From an uncultured Candidatus Saccharibacteria bacterium (GTDB taxonomy: Bacteria > Patescibacteriota > Dojkabacteria > SC72 > JAFGCJ01): a stretch of 64,000 nt of DNA. Location: contig CAYZTC010000001.1 of NCBI GenBank assembly GCA_964481345.1, forward strand, positions 142,188 through 206,187, written 5' to 3'. The notes under the pieces were generated by a model that did not search any database, was not told where the DNA came from, and saw only the letters and a program-made list of their open reading frames with translations. This document shows, one piece after another, positions 48,061 through 58,528 of the stretch. The position numbers and the translations under genes are program-made. The stretch's first letter is position 1. Each line of letters begins with the position of its first letter.

Positions 48061-48674
48061 TCTGTGGTAATTGGCTTAATCATTAAATCAAACTCTGCAA
48101 TTAACGTATATCCATCTCTGGATATTACCGAGACTTCCGATCCTTCATACCCCTCCGCTTCTACCGATATTACATGCTCACAGCTTTCGATATCGTCTAT
48201 TACTAAAGGGGAATCAGTATATTCATCGCTATCAATTGTGAGTGTAGAATTCTTTGGATTTGTACTGATGTACATCGATGAATTATGGGAATTGTTATCC
48301 CTGTAATAGACAACCGTTGTTGAACTAAACTGTTGTGAAGGACCAATCTCAACTTCTACAAGTGTTCGGGTGTTCTGCTCAATATGGATTTCCCTTGTTA
48401 CCGTAGTGTAAAACCCTTGTTGTGAAGTGATTCTTTTTATTTCAATGCTATAATCACCAGGAGAAAGATTATCCGCCGATAGTGGTGTCTCTCCCATCTT
48501 ATCTCCATTTAGAAAAACCTCTGATTTTCCTCCAGATGAGTTTACAGTAAGTGCAGAGTTTTGCCCAATCAATGAAAGATTAAACAGGTATTTCCATGGT
48601 TGCCAAATAGAGATACCAATCACGATACATATTACAAGTAGAACTAAAGCTATCTTTTTAAGCGATTTCGGCAT
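48057..48674 (-). CDS. PEGA domain protein
   Basis: VFLNGDKMGETP...LSPGDYSIEI; second repeat ending EGYE. Confidence 0.85.
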   Translation of the reverse strand: MPKSLKKIALVLLVICIVIGISIWQPWKYLFNLSLIGQNSALTVNSSGGKSEVFLNGDKMGETPLSADNLSPGDYSIEIKRITSQQGFYTTVTREIHIEQNTRTLVEVEIGPSQQFSSTTVVYYRDNNSHNSSMYISTNPKNSTLTIDSDEYTDSPLVIDDIESCEHVISVEAEGYEGSEVSVISRDGYTLIAEFDLMIKPITTE

Positions 48675-48712
48675 GTTAGTATTATAAGTTTGAGGCAGAT
48701 AAAAAACAACAT

Positions 48713-49879
48713 TTAGTATGAGTACTTCTTTTCTGGAGATTCCTTTTCGATATTTTCCTCTTTGGTTTTTTGTTTTTTACTTTCCCTGATTGTGATGTAG
48801 GCTATGAAAACTGAGATTCCTATAAATCCCATTAATATTACAAATGCTCTCAATGCGCCAGAAACAGCAAGAGTGATGGCTCCAAAAACAGTTGTGATAA
48901 GGTATTCAGTAAATGAAACCTGTGTTTCAGATAGTCCTAGGTGAAGAAGTCTGTAATGAAGGTGAGTTTGGTCGCTTATTCCGAGTATTGAGAGTATGTT
49001 TTTAGGTTTGTGTTTTCTATATCTACCAATGAGTACCCATGTAAAATCGAGAATTGGGAGCAACAAGATAAGGATACTTGTCGCTAGTTTTGCCCCTACA
49101 GATACACTTATGGTAGCAAGTATGAAGCCGTAGGAAGATTTTCCCGCTGAGCCTGACCGGATTTTAGCTGGATAGAAGTTATAAAATAGAAATCCAAGTA
49201 TAAGTCCTGCAAAAAGTACACTAATCATTGCGGAATCCCATATTTGGAATCTTATTGCAAGAATAAACACTATTATTGTCGATATCAAAGTATTTCCCTC
49301 CATTAGACCGTCTGTACCTGCCGACACTTTTATTGCAATAGAACAAATTGCAATCCAGAGGATCATTAATAAATCACCTGGCCAAACAAATTCTATCGGA
49401 AGACCGATAAGAGTTGAGGTCCATTTGAATGATTCTAGGTTGATATTAACTCCAAGAGGGTTTCTCATTTCATCAAGATTTAGTGGTGATATTGCTACAA
49501 TAGTTGATGCAATAACGATTGTGAGTAGCTGTAGTCTTCCTGAGAGGTCTAAAGAGTCATCGATTACTCCCATTATGACGATAAGCAGAAGTGCCAGTAT
49601 AAAGAAAATAATTTGAGAGGATGGTGAAGTGTGAATAAGTATCAGGATAATTAGTGGAAGTACGACAGCAAGTCCTCCGAGAAGTGGTGTTGGTTGTTTT
49701 TCTAGGTGTCTAAAATCTGATGGTTTGGTACCTTCTCTCATACTTGGCGGAAGTCCGACCATGACAAGTTTTCTTGAAATATAGCCAACAATTGGGGTTA
49801 ATATGAAACTTACAGCGAATGCAAGTATGAACTCGGGAAGGTAGTTTAGATATTTTTCATATTCAGTGGGAATAGTCAT
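48713..49879 (-). CDS. MraY/WecA/TagO-family glycosyltransferase 4
   Basis: TPLLGG, GVIDD, GTDGL, GFLFYNFYPAKI, PILD, HLHYRL. Confidence 0.88.
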   Translation of the reverse strand: MTIPTEYEKYLNYLPEFILAFAVSFILTPIVGYISRKLVMVGLPPSMREGTKPSDFRHLEKQPTPLLGGLAVVLPLIILILIHTSPSSQIIFFILALLLIVIMGVIDDSLDLSGRLQLLTIVIASTIVAISPLNLDEMRNPLGVNINLESFKWTSTLIGLPIEFVWPGDLLMILWIAICSIAIKVSAGTDGLMEGNTLISTIIVFILAIRFQIWDSAMISVLFAGLILGFLFYNFYPAKIRSGSAGKSSYGFILATISVSVGAKLATSILILLLPILDFTWVLIGRYRKHKPKNILSILGISDQTHLHYRLLHLGLSETQVSFTEYLITTVFGAITLAVSGALRAFVILMGFIGISVFIAYITIRESKKQKTKEENIEKESPEKKYSY

Positions 49880-49901
49880 ATTTCACATGTTAATAATATT
49901 T

Positions 49902-50351
49902 TTATGCAACTACAAGAGATAGTGACTTATAGAGAGATATAAAAAATGTAACTGATGTTATAGCAATACATACGAGCAAGAAAGTTGCCAAAGGTCTAAA
50001 TCTGGAGGAAATTTTATAGGCAAGGATAACTGAGACGAGTTGGATAAAAAGGTAAATGAAAATTGTATTTATAACATCAGTGAGAGAAATAAATCTTTTT
50101 GATTCGTTGGAAAAATAGTAGAAGAATGTAATTTCATCTGGAAGTTTATCCCAATTTGAATAAATCCAAGTTGTGGAATATGTTGTTGCAGCAGCATTTA
50201 TGAATATGTCAAACCATAGTAAGGGTGATCTCCAGAATTTGAACTGATCTAAAAATGCAGAAATTTTTAAAAGTCTGTATTTAATCCGGTTCAAAATGTT
50301 TCCAGAATACTTTAGTCCCATCTTCATCTGAGGTTCTTTCTTTTTACTCAT
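49902..50351 (-). CDS. hypothetical membrane protein
   Basis: Three hydrophobic segments, KLPDEITFFY. Confidence 0.6.
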   Translation of the reverse strand: MSKKKEPQMKMGLKYSGNILNRIKYRLLKISAFLDQFKFWRSPLLWFDIFINAAATTYSTTWIYSNWDKLPDEITFFYYFSNESKRFISLTDVINTIFIYLFIQLVSVILAYKISSRFRPLATFLLVCIAITSVTFFISLYKSLSLVVA

Positions 50352-50709
50352 CGTGCCTTATTATACAACATTAAAATGTCAGTGATTTGTTCAGTCTATG
50401 ATTGAGATGAATGTCTTGATTAGTTATCATACTTTTTGAAATACTTAGATATAATCTCAAATATTGTTTAGATCGGCGTAGATATTAGATTATTCTTAGG
50501 GTGTTTCTTGGTTTTCGAGAATTTATTTTTTAATTAAGATATGTACATATAAAATTATTCAGTAATCAGCCTTGAGTGGTGGTGGATAGAATCTCCAACT
50601 AACATTGATAAACATGGGACGAAATAGGATGATATCTCTTTTTGTTATACTATATTACTTCCTGATCTTTTGATATAATCCGTCTGGGATCTTTAAATGG
50701 AGGTTAACG

Positions 50710-50946
50710 ATGGAAATAGAAAAAGTACTTGCTGGTCTAGCAATAATGTGTGCTGGAGGGCTTGTGTGTGTGAAGGGATATTTTACAGCAGCAGCACATG
50801 TTATTGTAGCTGCAGAGCTGCTTGCAGTAACCACCGTTGGGGTTTCTGATCGATTTGAAAAACTCCCGGCGCTAGTGCAAATGATCATGGGCCTGATGGT
50901 ACCGGGGATTATATATCTTGGGCTATGTCTTGATACTGCCCAATGA
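50710..50946 (+). CDS. small hydrophobic membrane protein, 78 aa
   Basis: GGAGG SD, upstream TATAAT, downstream hairpin. Confidence 0.6.
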   Translation: MEIEKVLAGLAIMCAGGLVCVKGYFTAAAHVIVAAELLAVTTVGVSDRFEKLPALVQMIMGLMVPGIIYLGLCLDTAQ

Positions 50947-50964
50947 ATTTCTCCAACACTTTAA

Positions 50965-51003
50965 TACTCCTGGTATTACCCCAAAGATCCTATACCAGGA
51001 GTA
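50965..51003. terminator. hairpin terminator
   Basis: TACTCCTGGTAT...ATACCAGGAGTA. Confidence 0.6.
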
Positions 51004-51114
51004 AATTTCTAGTTGCAACAAGGCTCTCTTTCAACATCATCCAGTATTACCTTTAGGATTTCTAATTAGGTTTGTATAAAGGGAAAAGGGTTTAACCTAA
51101 AGCCTGTAGAGGGG

Positions 51115-52065
51115 TCACCTTGAGATTAGAGGGTATCTTAAATCGTATATCCCGTTTTCAAATTTATACATTGATTTACAGTTCCTACACCTGATTTTAG
51201 AGTTTTCAAACTGTAAAGAACCTTTGCATTTTGGACAGGATAGTATTTCCTCCATATTATTAACCTTTTGGTTGTTTCCAGATCGTTTTCTTAGTTTAAG
51301 GAAAATACTTGGAGGCAAGTTTGACCAGCCTAATAGTTTTTGAAAAATTTTCTCGGTAAGGAGAAGTGGCTTTGTACCTAAAAGCCTTTTAAGGAAGGGA
51401 ATTCTTAAGAAGGATACTGAGATTTTCTTTAGAATTCTATATTCATGAGAAACGAGTAGAGTTTTTATCCACTGTGGGTGGAGATTAAGAATAATTCCCT
51501 CATTCTTCCTATTAGCTCCCTCGCATGATCCCTTAGATTCTATTTCATAGGGCTTCTTTGAGAAGATGAAAAATGGTTTAAACCTAAAAAGTGCTCTAAT
51601 TGATGCCTTAATGTTAATTTTGTTTGCATATTCAAGAATAAAGATACCTGATTTTTGAATAACTCTGGATGTTTCATTTATAGCCCTCTCGGGCTCCTCA
51701 AGGTGGTGAATTACTCTTATCATTGATATACCGTTGAATACCGAGTCCTTGAAAGGAAGATTGTAAGCATTGGCAGCAACAAGAAAGACATTTTTTGCAG
51801 AGTTATCTTTTATTGTTTTTTTTGCTTGTTTTAGTGCTCCGATTGAGTAATCACAAATAATCTTGTTTTCATAGTTATCCTGATAGAGGTTTAAGTGTCT
51901 GCCGTACGAACCACCAATATCTAAAAACCAGGTACCTTTTTCCCCAGAAAGCATATTGTTTATTGCGTATTGCTCTGATAGATGCTCATACTGTCTGTTT
52001 TTCCAGTAAGTACTATAGTCATAACTAAACTTGTCGTAATCAGTGATATCGGGTGAAGTTATCAT
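51115..52065 (-). CDS. class I SAM methyltransferase with C-terminal Trm112-like Zn ribbon
   Basis: LDIGGSYGR, NLPFKD, RVIHHL; CPKCKG...CRNC. Confidence 0.85.
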   Translation of the reverse strand: MITSPDITDYDKFSYDYSTYWKNRQYEHLSEQYAINNMLSGEKGTWFLDIGGSYGRHLNLYQDNYENKIICDYSIGALKQAKKTIKDNSAKNVFLVAANAYNLPFKDSVFNGISMIRVIHHLEEPERAINETSRVIQKSGIFILEYANKINIKASIRALFRFKPFFIFSKKPYEIESKGSCEGANRKNEGIILNLHPQWIKTLLVSHEYRILKKISVSFLRIPFLKRLLGTKPLLLTEKIFQKLLGWSNLPPSIFLKLRKRSGNNQKVNNMEEILSCPKCKGSLQFENSKIRCRNCKSMYKFENGIYDLRYPLISR

Positions 52066-52093
52066 ATTGTGATTCTACAGGAAACAATAGTAT

Positions 52094-53896
52094 TTAGGAA
52101 CGAGTTAATTTGTCTAGTTCCTCAATTTTTTGGTTTACCTTATTTAATATTTCATTCGATATTTTTGTGTTGCCTTTTTGTTCTGTAATTGTGAGCTTCT
52201 CTCTTAGTTGTGAAATTTCGTTTTTTACAAGATCAACAGTGAGTTTTTTTACGGTATCTTCAAACTCTATTATTAGGTCTTTTATTAATGGTTTTTCGGA
52301 CCAAATAGGTCTCATGGCAGAATCTTGAAGAATACTTGCTCCTTTTTCCGATAGTTTTTTCTTTATGCTTTCAATGTTTAGTTCCTTTTGGTTGATTATT
52401 TGGTCGATAGCGTTTTTTATAGCCTTTTTTATGTTATTGTTTTGTATTATCTCTGCATCTATATCTATTATTTCATTTTTAAGTTCCTGAGAGTATTGAA
52501 GGATCATTGCGAGAAGGTAAGCCTCGGTTGGAATTTCTTTTTTGGGCGGAAGAGTGCTTTTGATTGATGCTTCAATGTTTTCAACTCCCTTCCCTGTCAG
52601 GGTTTCTCGGAGAATTTCTTCACTGATTTCTGTAAGGTTTGAGATCTCTTTTATATGGTGCTCTTTTGTTACATTATCCTTTAGTGATAACATTAATGGC
52701 CATATCTTCTCAATGATTGCTTTTTTACCATTAAGACTCTTGGGAGAATATTTTTGGGCTATTATATTAAGGAAAAAGCTCACGACTGGAATCCTTTTTT
52801 CTATCGTTTTTTCCCATAGCCCTTTATCTTTCTTAATACATTCATCAGCGTCTTGGCCATATAATATCTGTGATGCATACACATTCATTTCTTTATTTAA
52901 TGCAAGTAATGCTGTTCTCATGATTGCTCTTAGACCCGCACTGTCAGAGTCAAACGCGAGTATAAGATCGGGAGTTATTTTTTTAAGCTTTTCAAGTTGC
53001 TCTGTAGTTACTCCTGTACCAAGAGGTGCGACTATGTTTTTTATCCCTGCTTGCCAAGATGAAATAACATCAGTTTGACCCTCAACCAGGATTGTATATT
53101 TGTGCTTTCTTATTGACTGCCTTGCTTGGTAAAAGCCAAATAGGTTTCTTCTTTTCTGGAAGATTATTGTTTCAGGAGAGTTTAAGTATTTTGGTCTATC
53201 TTTATCTTTTCCAAGTATCCTTCCGCTAAATGCGATAGTTCTACCGGATTGGTCAAGTATTGGAAACATTAGCCTGTCAACAAATTTGTCTACAATTTTT
53301 CCATCTCTTTCTACAGCAAGTCCCAGATCAATTAGGTCTTTTTCGGTACATTTATGTTTTGATAGATAGTTTGATAAAGCACGACCGTTGGTTAGTCGAG
53401 GAGCATATCCAATCTTAAATTCATTTATTGCCTTTTGAGAGAATTTTCGCTTTTTAATGTAGTTCCTCGCTTTTTCTCCAAGCTTGCTTTCCTTAAGTAC
53501 CTTGGAGTAAAAATTTGAGGCAAGCTTATGCGATTCATTTGCCTTGTTGAATTTTTCTGATTCTTTTGGATCTCTTTGGGTGTATTTCAACTTGATGCCC
53601 GCTTCATCTGCAAGCAGAGAAAGGACCTCCTTGAATTCAAGGTTTTCAATCTTTTCGAGAAAGGTAAAAACATCTCCACCTTCACCACAGCCAAAGCACT
53701 TGAAGATTTGCATTTCGGGATTGACGGAAAAGGATGGGGTATCTTCTTTATGAAAGGGGCATAGCCCAAATAAATTTTTTCCAGAGGGCTTGAGTCTAAC
53801 GTACCTAGAGACAACGTCTTCTATGGATATACGTGATTTGATTTCATCAATTTGGCTTCTGTCAAATCCTGTTGGTTTAACAATGTTTCCTGCCAT
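52094..53896 (-). CDS. dnaG: DNA primase
   Basis: CPFHKEDTPSF, CFGC, KYLNSPET, VEGQTD, FDSDSAG. Confidence 0.97.
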   Translation of the reverse strand: MAGNIVKPTGFDRSQIDEIKSRISIEDVVSRYVRLKPSGKNLFGLCPFHKEDTPSFSVNPEMQIFKCFGCGEGGDVFTFLEKIENLEFKEVLSLLADEAGIKLKYTQRDPKESEKFNKANESHKLASNFYSKVLKESKLGEKARNYIKKRKFSQKAINEFKIGYAPRLTNGRALSNYLSKHKCTEKDLIDLGLAVERDGKIVDKFVDRLMFPILDQSGRTIAFSGRILGKDKDRPKYLNSPETIIFQKRRNLFGFYQARQSIRKHKYTILVEGQTDVISSWQAGIKNIVAPLGTGVTTEQLEKLKKITPDLILAFDSDSAGLRAIMRTALLALNKEMNVYASQILYGQDADECIKKDKGLWEKTIEKRIPVVSFFLNIIAQKYSPKSLNGKKAIIEKIWPLMLSLKDNVTKEHHIKEISNLTEISEEILRETLTGKGVENIEASIKSTLPPKKEIPTEAYLLAMILQYSQELKNEIIDIDAEIIQNNNIKKAIKNAIDQIINQKELNIESIKKKLSEKGASILQDSAMRPIWSEKPLIKDLIIEFEDTVKKLTVDLVKNEISQLREKLTITEQKGNTKISNEILNKVNQKIEELDKLTRS

Positions 53897-53908
53897 ATAG
53901 TGTGTAAA

Positions 53909-54877
53909 CTAAGGTTTTTGGCAGTTTACAGTTTCTTTTTCTAACTTGCACTCGATTATACCTATACCCGAATCACTTATGTATAGTAGTTTTTCTTCTT
54001 CATTAATTTTTAGCTTCGTCGATGGAACCTTTCCTGTTTTTAAGTAGATGCTCTTCTCCGCTTGATATTCTAAAGTTGTACCGGGAAGTACTATAGATGT
54101 AATTTCTGGCCTTTCGTCTATTTCTACTTCCAGCCATGTACTTTCTTGGGTTATTTCTATTGAAATTTGCATCGTTATTGAAGTTTCTTCTTTTTCTATT
54201 TCCTCACCAGCAACTTCCTCATTAGCTTCTTCTGCAATAGGAGGACTGTATTCAATATTTCTGGTTAGTACTGCCTCTTTGCCTATATCATCTGGATGTT
54301 TTGATTTAATCACAATGGTGTTCTGACCTTCACTTAGTGTTATATTCACTTCAAAACTACCATCCTCGTTAATTCTGATTGCTTCGTCGTTTATTGTTAG
54401 AAACATATCTCTTTTCGTCTTTCCCTTTACGGTGATTTCGTTTGATTCAACGGTAGAGTTATTTTCGGGAGAATGAATCTCTAGCATTGGGGGCTTTTGA
54501 AAGTTGTAAAACTGGTAGAAAAGATATCCGAGTGTAGAAACCACAAGAAGTATTATCGAAGTAATAATTATTACACTTGGTGTTACAGTAAATTTGACAT
54601 CTTTAATAGATCTTTTAGAGTACCTCACTTCCGCTTTCGAGTTGTCATCTACCGATCTTCTAAAAAGGGCAAGTACTTTTCCTGGATCGATTTTGAGGTA
54701 CCTTGCATAGTTTTGGAGAAAACCTTTCGCATATACAGCAGATGGAAATTTCTCGTATTCGTCGTTTTCCAATGCTTCAAGATAGTGCTTTTGAATTTTT
54801 GTTCCTGCCGATATGTCCTCCAATGACAGATTTTGTCTTTCTCTTTCTTTTTTTATTATTGTACCTGCAGTTAACAT
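53909..54877 (-). CDS. RodZ-like HTH membrane protein with Ig-like domain
   Basis: TKIQKHYLEALE...VYAKGFLQNYARYL, TM, beta-rich C-terminus; next to ftsK. Confidence 0.8.
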   Translation of the reverse strand: MLTAGTIIKKERERQNLSLEDISAGTKIQKHYLEALENDEYEKFPSAVYAKGFLQNYARYLKIDPGKVLALFRRSVDDNSKAEVRYSKRSIKDVKFTVTPSVIIITSIILLVVSTLGYLFYQFYNFQKPPMLEIHSPENNSTVESNEITVKGKTKRDMFLTINDEAIRINEDGSFEVNITLSEGQNTIVIKSKHPDDIGKEAVLTRNIEYSPPIAEEANEEVAGEEIEKEETSITMQISIEITQESTWLEVEIDERPEITSIVLPGTTLEYQAEKSIYLKTGKVPSTKLKINEEEKLLYISDSGIGIIECKLEKETVNCQKP

Positions 54878-54963
54878 TTGGCTTTTGTAATAGGCTTATA
54901 TTTAAGTGATGAAACGAGTGGGCTGTGCTCAATTATATCATCACTGGGGCAGTGAATGAATTT

Positions 54964-57159
54964 CTACTGATCTTCTGTCATCTCTCCATCCATCCTGGTA
55001 AAGAATGCTTCGGCACTCGATATCAGTACCTCCCGTGGTTTACTTCCATCTTGTGGTCCAATTATCTTTGCAGCAAATAGTTCGTCAGTAATTCTTGCGG
55101 CCCTATTGTATCCAATTCTCAGCTTTCTTTGAAGAAGAGAGGATGATCCTTTTCCTGCATTCACTACCACCTTGACGGCTTCTCTAAAAAGTGGATCTTC
55201 TGGCTTTTTCATTACCATTCCGGGTCCAATCTTACTGCCTGGTTTCGGTTTAGTAACCTCTTTATTATATCTGTGATTCTTGCCCTGATCTCTACAATGA
55301 CTTGTTATTTTTGATATTTCATCGTTTGAAAGAAATGCACCTTGTATTCTAAAAGGCCTTGAGCTGCTGGGATCCCTAAATAGCATATCTCCATTTCCTA
55401 AAAGATTTTCTGCGCCATTCATATCTAGTATCACCCTTGAGTCGGTAGAGGTTGCTACGTTCATTCCTACTCTTGCTGGTATGTTTGCCTTAATTAGTCC
55501 CGTTAGCACATCCACTGAGGGTCTCTGGGTAGCCAAAATCAAGTGTATTCCAGTAGCTCTAGACATTTGTGCCAGTTTTACAATTTTGTTTTCAACTTCT
55601 ATTCCAGATGAAAGCATTAGATCAGCCATTTCATCTACAACAAGGCACAAATATTGCAGGGCAGGAAATCCCATTTTTGCATTGTATTCTTGGATATTTC
55701 TCACTGCAGATTTATTAAATATTCTGAATCTTTTTTTCATCTCGACAAGTAGCCAGTCAAGTGAATATACAACCTTTTCAACATCAGTAATTACCGGAGT
55801 TAACAGATGGGGGATACCATTATATGGAGGGAGTTCTACCATTTTTGGATCTACGAGTATGAATTTTACATAGTCGGGAGAGTGTCTCATCAGCATTCCA
55901 CAAATTATCGCATTTATACTTACAGACTTTCCTGATCCAGTAGCTCCAGCCACTAAGATATGGGGCATTTTTGTAAGGTCTCTAACGATAATTTTTCCAG
56001 TAAGGCCTTTTCCAAAAATAAGTGGAAGGTTTCCCTCAAATTCCTGCCATTCTTTTGAGTCAGTTACCTCACTCATTGATACAAGGGATGCATTAGCATT
56101 TGGCATTTCGATTCCAATGAGTGATGTTCCCGGTATTGGCGCAACGATTCTAACTGATCCTGAAGGTGCCGCAAGAGCAAGTGCGAGGTCATTTCCTAGG
56201 CTGCTGATTCTTGATACTCTTGTTCCGATAGTGATGCTAAGTGCATACTGTACAACCCTTGGTCCGACAGATCTTTCTGTAACTTTTGCCATAATCTTAA
56301 AGCTCTTTAGTGTATCTTCTATAATCTTTGCATTCTTCTTATGAATTTCTGGATCTTGTTTTACCGGTTGGGATGGATTTAAAAGGTCGAGAGATGGTAT
56401 TTTCCAGCTTGGATATTTAATAATGTCCTCTTCTTTCGTTGACTCCACATTTCCGACTCCGTTGTCATTAGTTAGATACGCAGGTGATTCTTTGGGAGTT
56501 TGTTTTTCTTCCTTTAACTTAGACTTTTCGATTTTATCTGATTCGTCAGTTTGAGAGTCATTTATTTTTGTTGAGCTACCTACAAATTGGGTTGAGGTCT
56601 CTAAATCTTCTGAGATTTTGGGTTTTCTTGAGAATGTCTCTGAAAGCTTTTTGAAGAGGTTGTCGAAGAACTCTTTCATCTGGTTGATACTCGTGTCTGA
56701 TATAAGGGAGATGGATATGAGTCCGGTTATTGCAAATATTATTACAGAAGCTATCCTTCCAAATGTGTCAATCATTACCTTATTTAGCTGATATCCTAGC
56801 ATTCCCCCTCCTTCGCCTTGGAGTGCTTCGAATTTTGCGTCCTCAACTGGGATTACAAAATGTGAGATTGTAGAGAATATTAATGTTAACAACACAAAGC
56901 CAATAATTTGCTTGGGCTTGTTGATGAAAAGATCGTATCCAAGTATGTACAGTCCAAGTAATATTAAGGTTATTCCTCCAGGTACTGCACCAATACCTAC
57001 CAATCCTTTTACTTTTTCAAAAATAAGCCCATCTAAACTGAAACTCATCACTGAAAGTAATCCAAGTATTGAGAAGATTAAGCCAACGAAAGTCTTTGTT
57101 TCCTGGCTTTTTATAGTAATTTCTTTTTTGCGTGGACGTCCTCGTTTTCTCCTACTCAT
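54964..57159 (-). CDS. ftsK: DNA translocase FtsK
   Basis: MPHILVAGATGSGKS, VDEMADLM, LATQRPSVDV, LQRKLRIGYNRAAR. Confidence 0.97.
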   Translation of the reverse strand: MSRRKRGRPRKKEITIKSQETKTFVGLIFSILGLLSVMSFSLDGLIFEKVKGLVGIGAVPGGITLILLGLYILGYDLFINKPKQIIGFVLLTLIFSTISHFVIPVEDAKFEALQGEGGGMLGYQLNKVMIDTFGRIASVIIFAITGLISISLISDTSINQMKEFFDNLFKKLSETFSRKPKISEDLETSTQFVGSSTKINDSQTDESDKIEKSKLKEEKQTPKESPAYLTNDNGVGNVESTKEEDIIKYPSWKIPSLDLLNPSQPVKQDPEIHKKNAKIIEDTLKSFKIMAKVTERSVGPRVVQYALSITIGTRVSRISSLGNDLALALAAPSGSVRIVAPIPGTSLIGIEMPNANASLVSMSEVTDSKEWQEFEGNLPLIFGKGLTGKIIVRDLTKMPHILVAGATGSGKSVSINAIICGMLMRHSPDYVKFILVDPKMVELPPYNGIPHLLTPVITDVEKVVYSLDWLLVEMKKRFRIFNKSAVRNIQEYNAKMGFPALQYLCLVVDEMADLMLSSGIEVENKIVKLAQMSRATGIHLILATQRPSVDVLTGLIKANIPARVGMNVATSTDSRVILDMNGAENLLGNGDMLFRDPSSSRPFRIQGAFLSNDEISKITSHCRDQGKNHRYNKEVTKPKPGSKIGPGMVMKKPEDPLFREAVKVVVNAGKGSSSLLQRKLRIGYNRAARITDELFAAKIIGPQDGSKPREVLISSAEAFFTRMDGEMTEDQ

Positions 57160-57258
57160 GCTTTCATTCTATATTGATATTGAAGTAAAATGCAATTATA
57201 TTGCTAATGTAAATATTGTATTGGTAATTTTTAAGATTCTGAAGTGTCAAATGTGAAA

Positions 57259-57284
57259 AGAGGCAATGTGACTGGCTGGAAAAG
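57259..57284 (+). repeat. 26-nt dispersed repeat, degenerate copy 4
   Basis: AGAGGCAATGTGACTGGCTGGAAAAG. Confidence 0.55.
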
Positions 57285-57329
57285 GCACGTGGTATAATCG
57301 AAACGTTAAGTTAATCCTCATAAATCACA

Positions 57330-58271
57330 ATGTTCAAGAAAGCAGTTCTTATTGATTTTCAAGAAGGAGATATTCCTGATAAGTATTTCAATAAACTTAA
57401 GAAGAGTCTTGAGTCATATGAAATGGTGACGAGAGATAAAGCTCCTAATTTTGTTGGTGACTCAGATTGTTTTTTGGTGAAGATTTCCACAAAAATTGAT
57501 AAGGAATTAATTGATTCTGCGCCTAATCTCAAGTATATAGGTGTACTTTCTACTGCTTATGATGCAATAGATGCAAAGTATGCTAGAGAAAAGGGAGTTG
57601 ATGTGTGTAACTTGGGTGGCTATAGTACTGAAGCAGTTGCAGAATTTGCAATTGCGGCATTACTTGAGGTAGTGAGAGAACTTACTAGGGCTAAGGAACA
57701 GGAACAAAATCAGGATTACTCCTTCAACAAGTTTATGTGTTCTGAGTTGAAGGATAAAGTCCTTGGGGTTATTGGTGCTGGAAAAATTGGTGGAAGAATA
57801 GCAGAGATAGCGAATGGTTTTGGGATGAAGGTGAAATATTTTTCTCGTTCAAAGAAACCTAATTTGGACAAGTTTGGAGCTATTAAAGAAGAGTTAGATA
57901 AGGTTATCTCTGACTCTGATTATCTCGCTTTAGCACTTGTCTTGAATGATGAAACAAGAGAAATTTTATCCAAAGAGAAATTAGATATGATTAAGAAAGA
58001 TGTAATTCTTGTAAATATTGCACCTATGGAATTACTGGATAAAGATGCTGTATTAGAAAAAACTAATAGGGGAGATTTTACTTTGATTTTTGACCATTCA
58101 GATGATATTACTCCAGGACTTGCAAAGAAATTTCTTGGTTCTAAAGGATGTATTGTGTATCCGCCTGTTGCATTCAGGACAGATGAGGCAAATATTGCGA
58201 AGCTAACAATTTTTGTGGAAAATGTTGAAAAATTTCTATCTGGGAAACCGATAAATGTAGTGAATGTGTGA
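57330..58271 (+). CDS. D-2-hydroxyacid dehydrogenase-like NAD(P)-binding protein
   Basis: PNLKYIG, STEAVAEF, GVIGAGKIG, ILVNIA. Confidence 0.85.
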   Translation: MFKKAVLIDFQEGDIPDKYFNKLKKSLESYEMVTRDKAPNFVGDSDCFLVKISTKIDKELIDSAPNLKYIGVLSTAYDAIDAKYAREKGVDVCNLGGYSTEAVAEFAIAALLEVVRELTRAKEQEQNQDYSFNKFMCSELKDKVLGVIGAGKIGGRIAEIANGFGMKVKYFSRSKKPNLDKFGAIKEELDKVISDSDYLALALVLNDETREILSKEKLDMIKKDVILVNIAPMELLDKDAVLEKTNRGDFTLIFDHSDDITPGLAKKFLGSKGCIVYPPVAFRTDEANIAKLTIFVENVEKFLSGKPINVVNV

Positions 58272-58528
58272 ACGTTATAGTAATAAGTGAAGCTGCAATT
58301 TGAAAAACCGAGAATTATGTGTATAATAAGTATTTAGCGCGTTTTTAGTTTGACTTTGGCGTTTTGCTGTGATAAAATCAGCGAACTTTTTTGTGCCAAT
58401 TGGCTAAGAACATTTTTGTAATAGTGTTTTTTGAAGTTTTTACAGATTCAAAGTAGGTTTTAAACAGAAAGAGGCTCTCTAGAGGAGCTTTTTTTACGGT
58501 TCAAATATATAACAATTAAGAGCCTGAT

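Noticed and set aside
42243-52094. Separation of dnaG and rpoD as an inserted island
   Set aside because: Intervening genes are ordinary co-oriented envelope genes with no mobility signs
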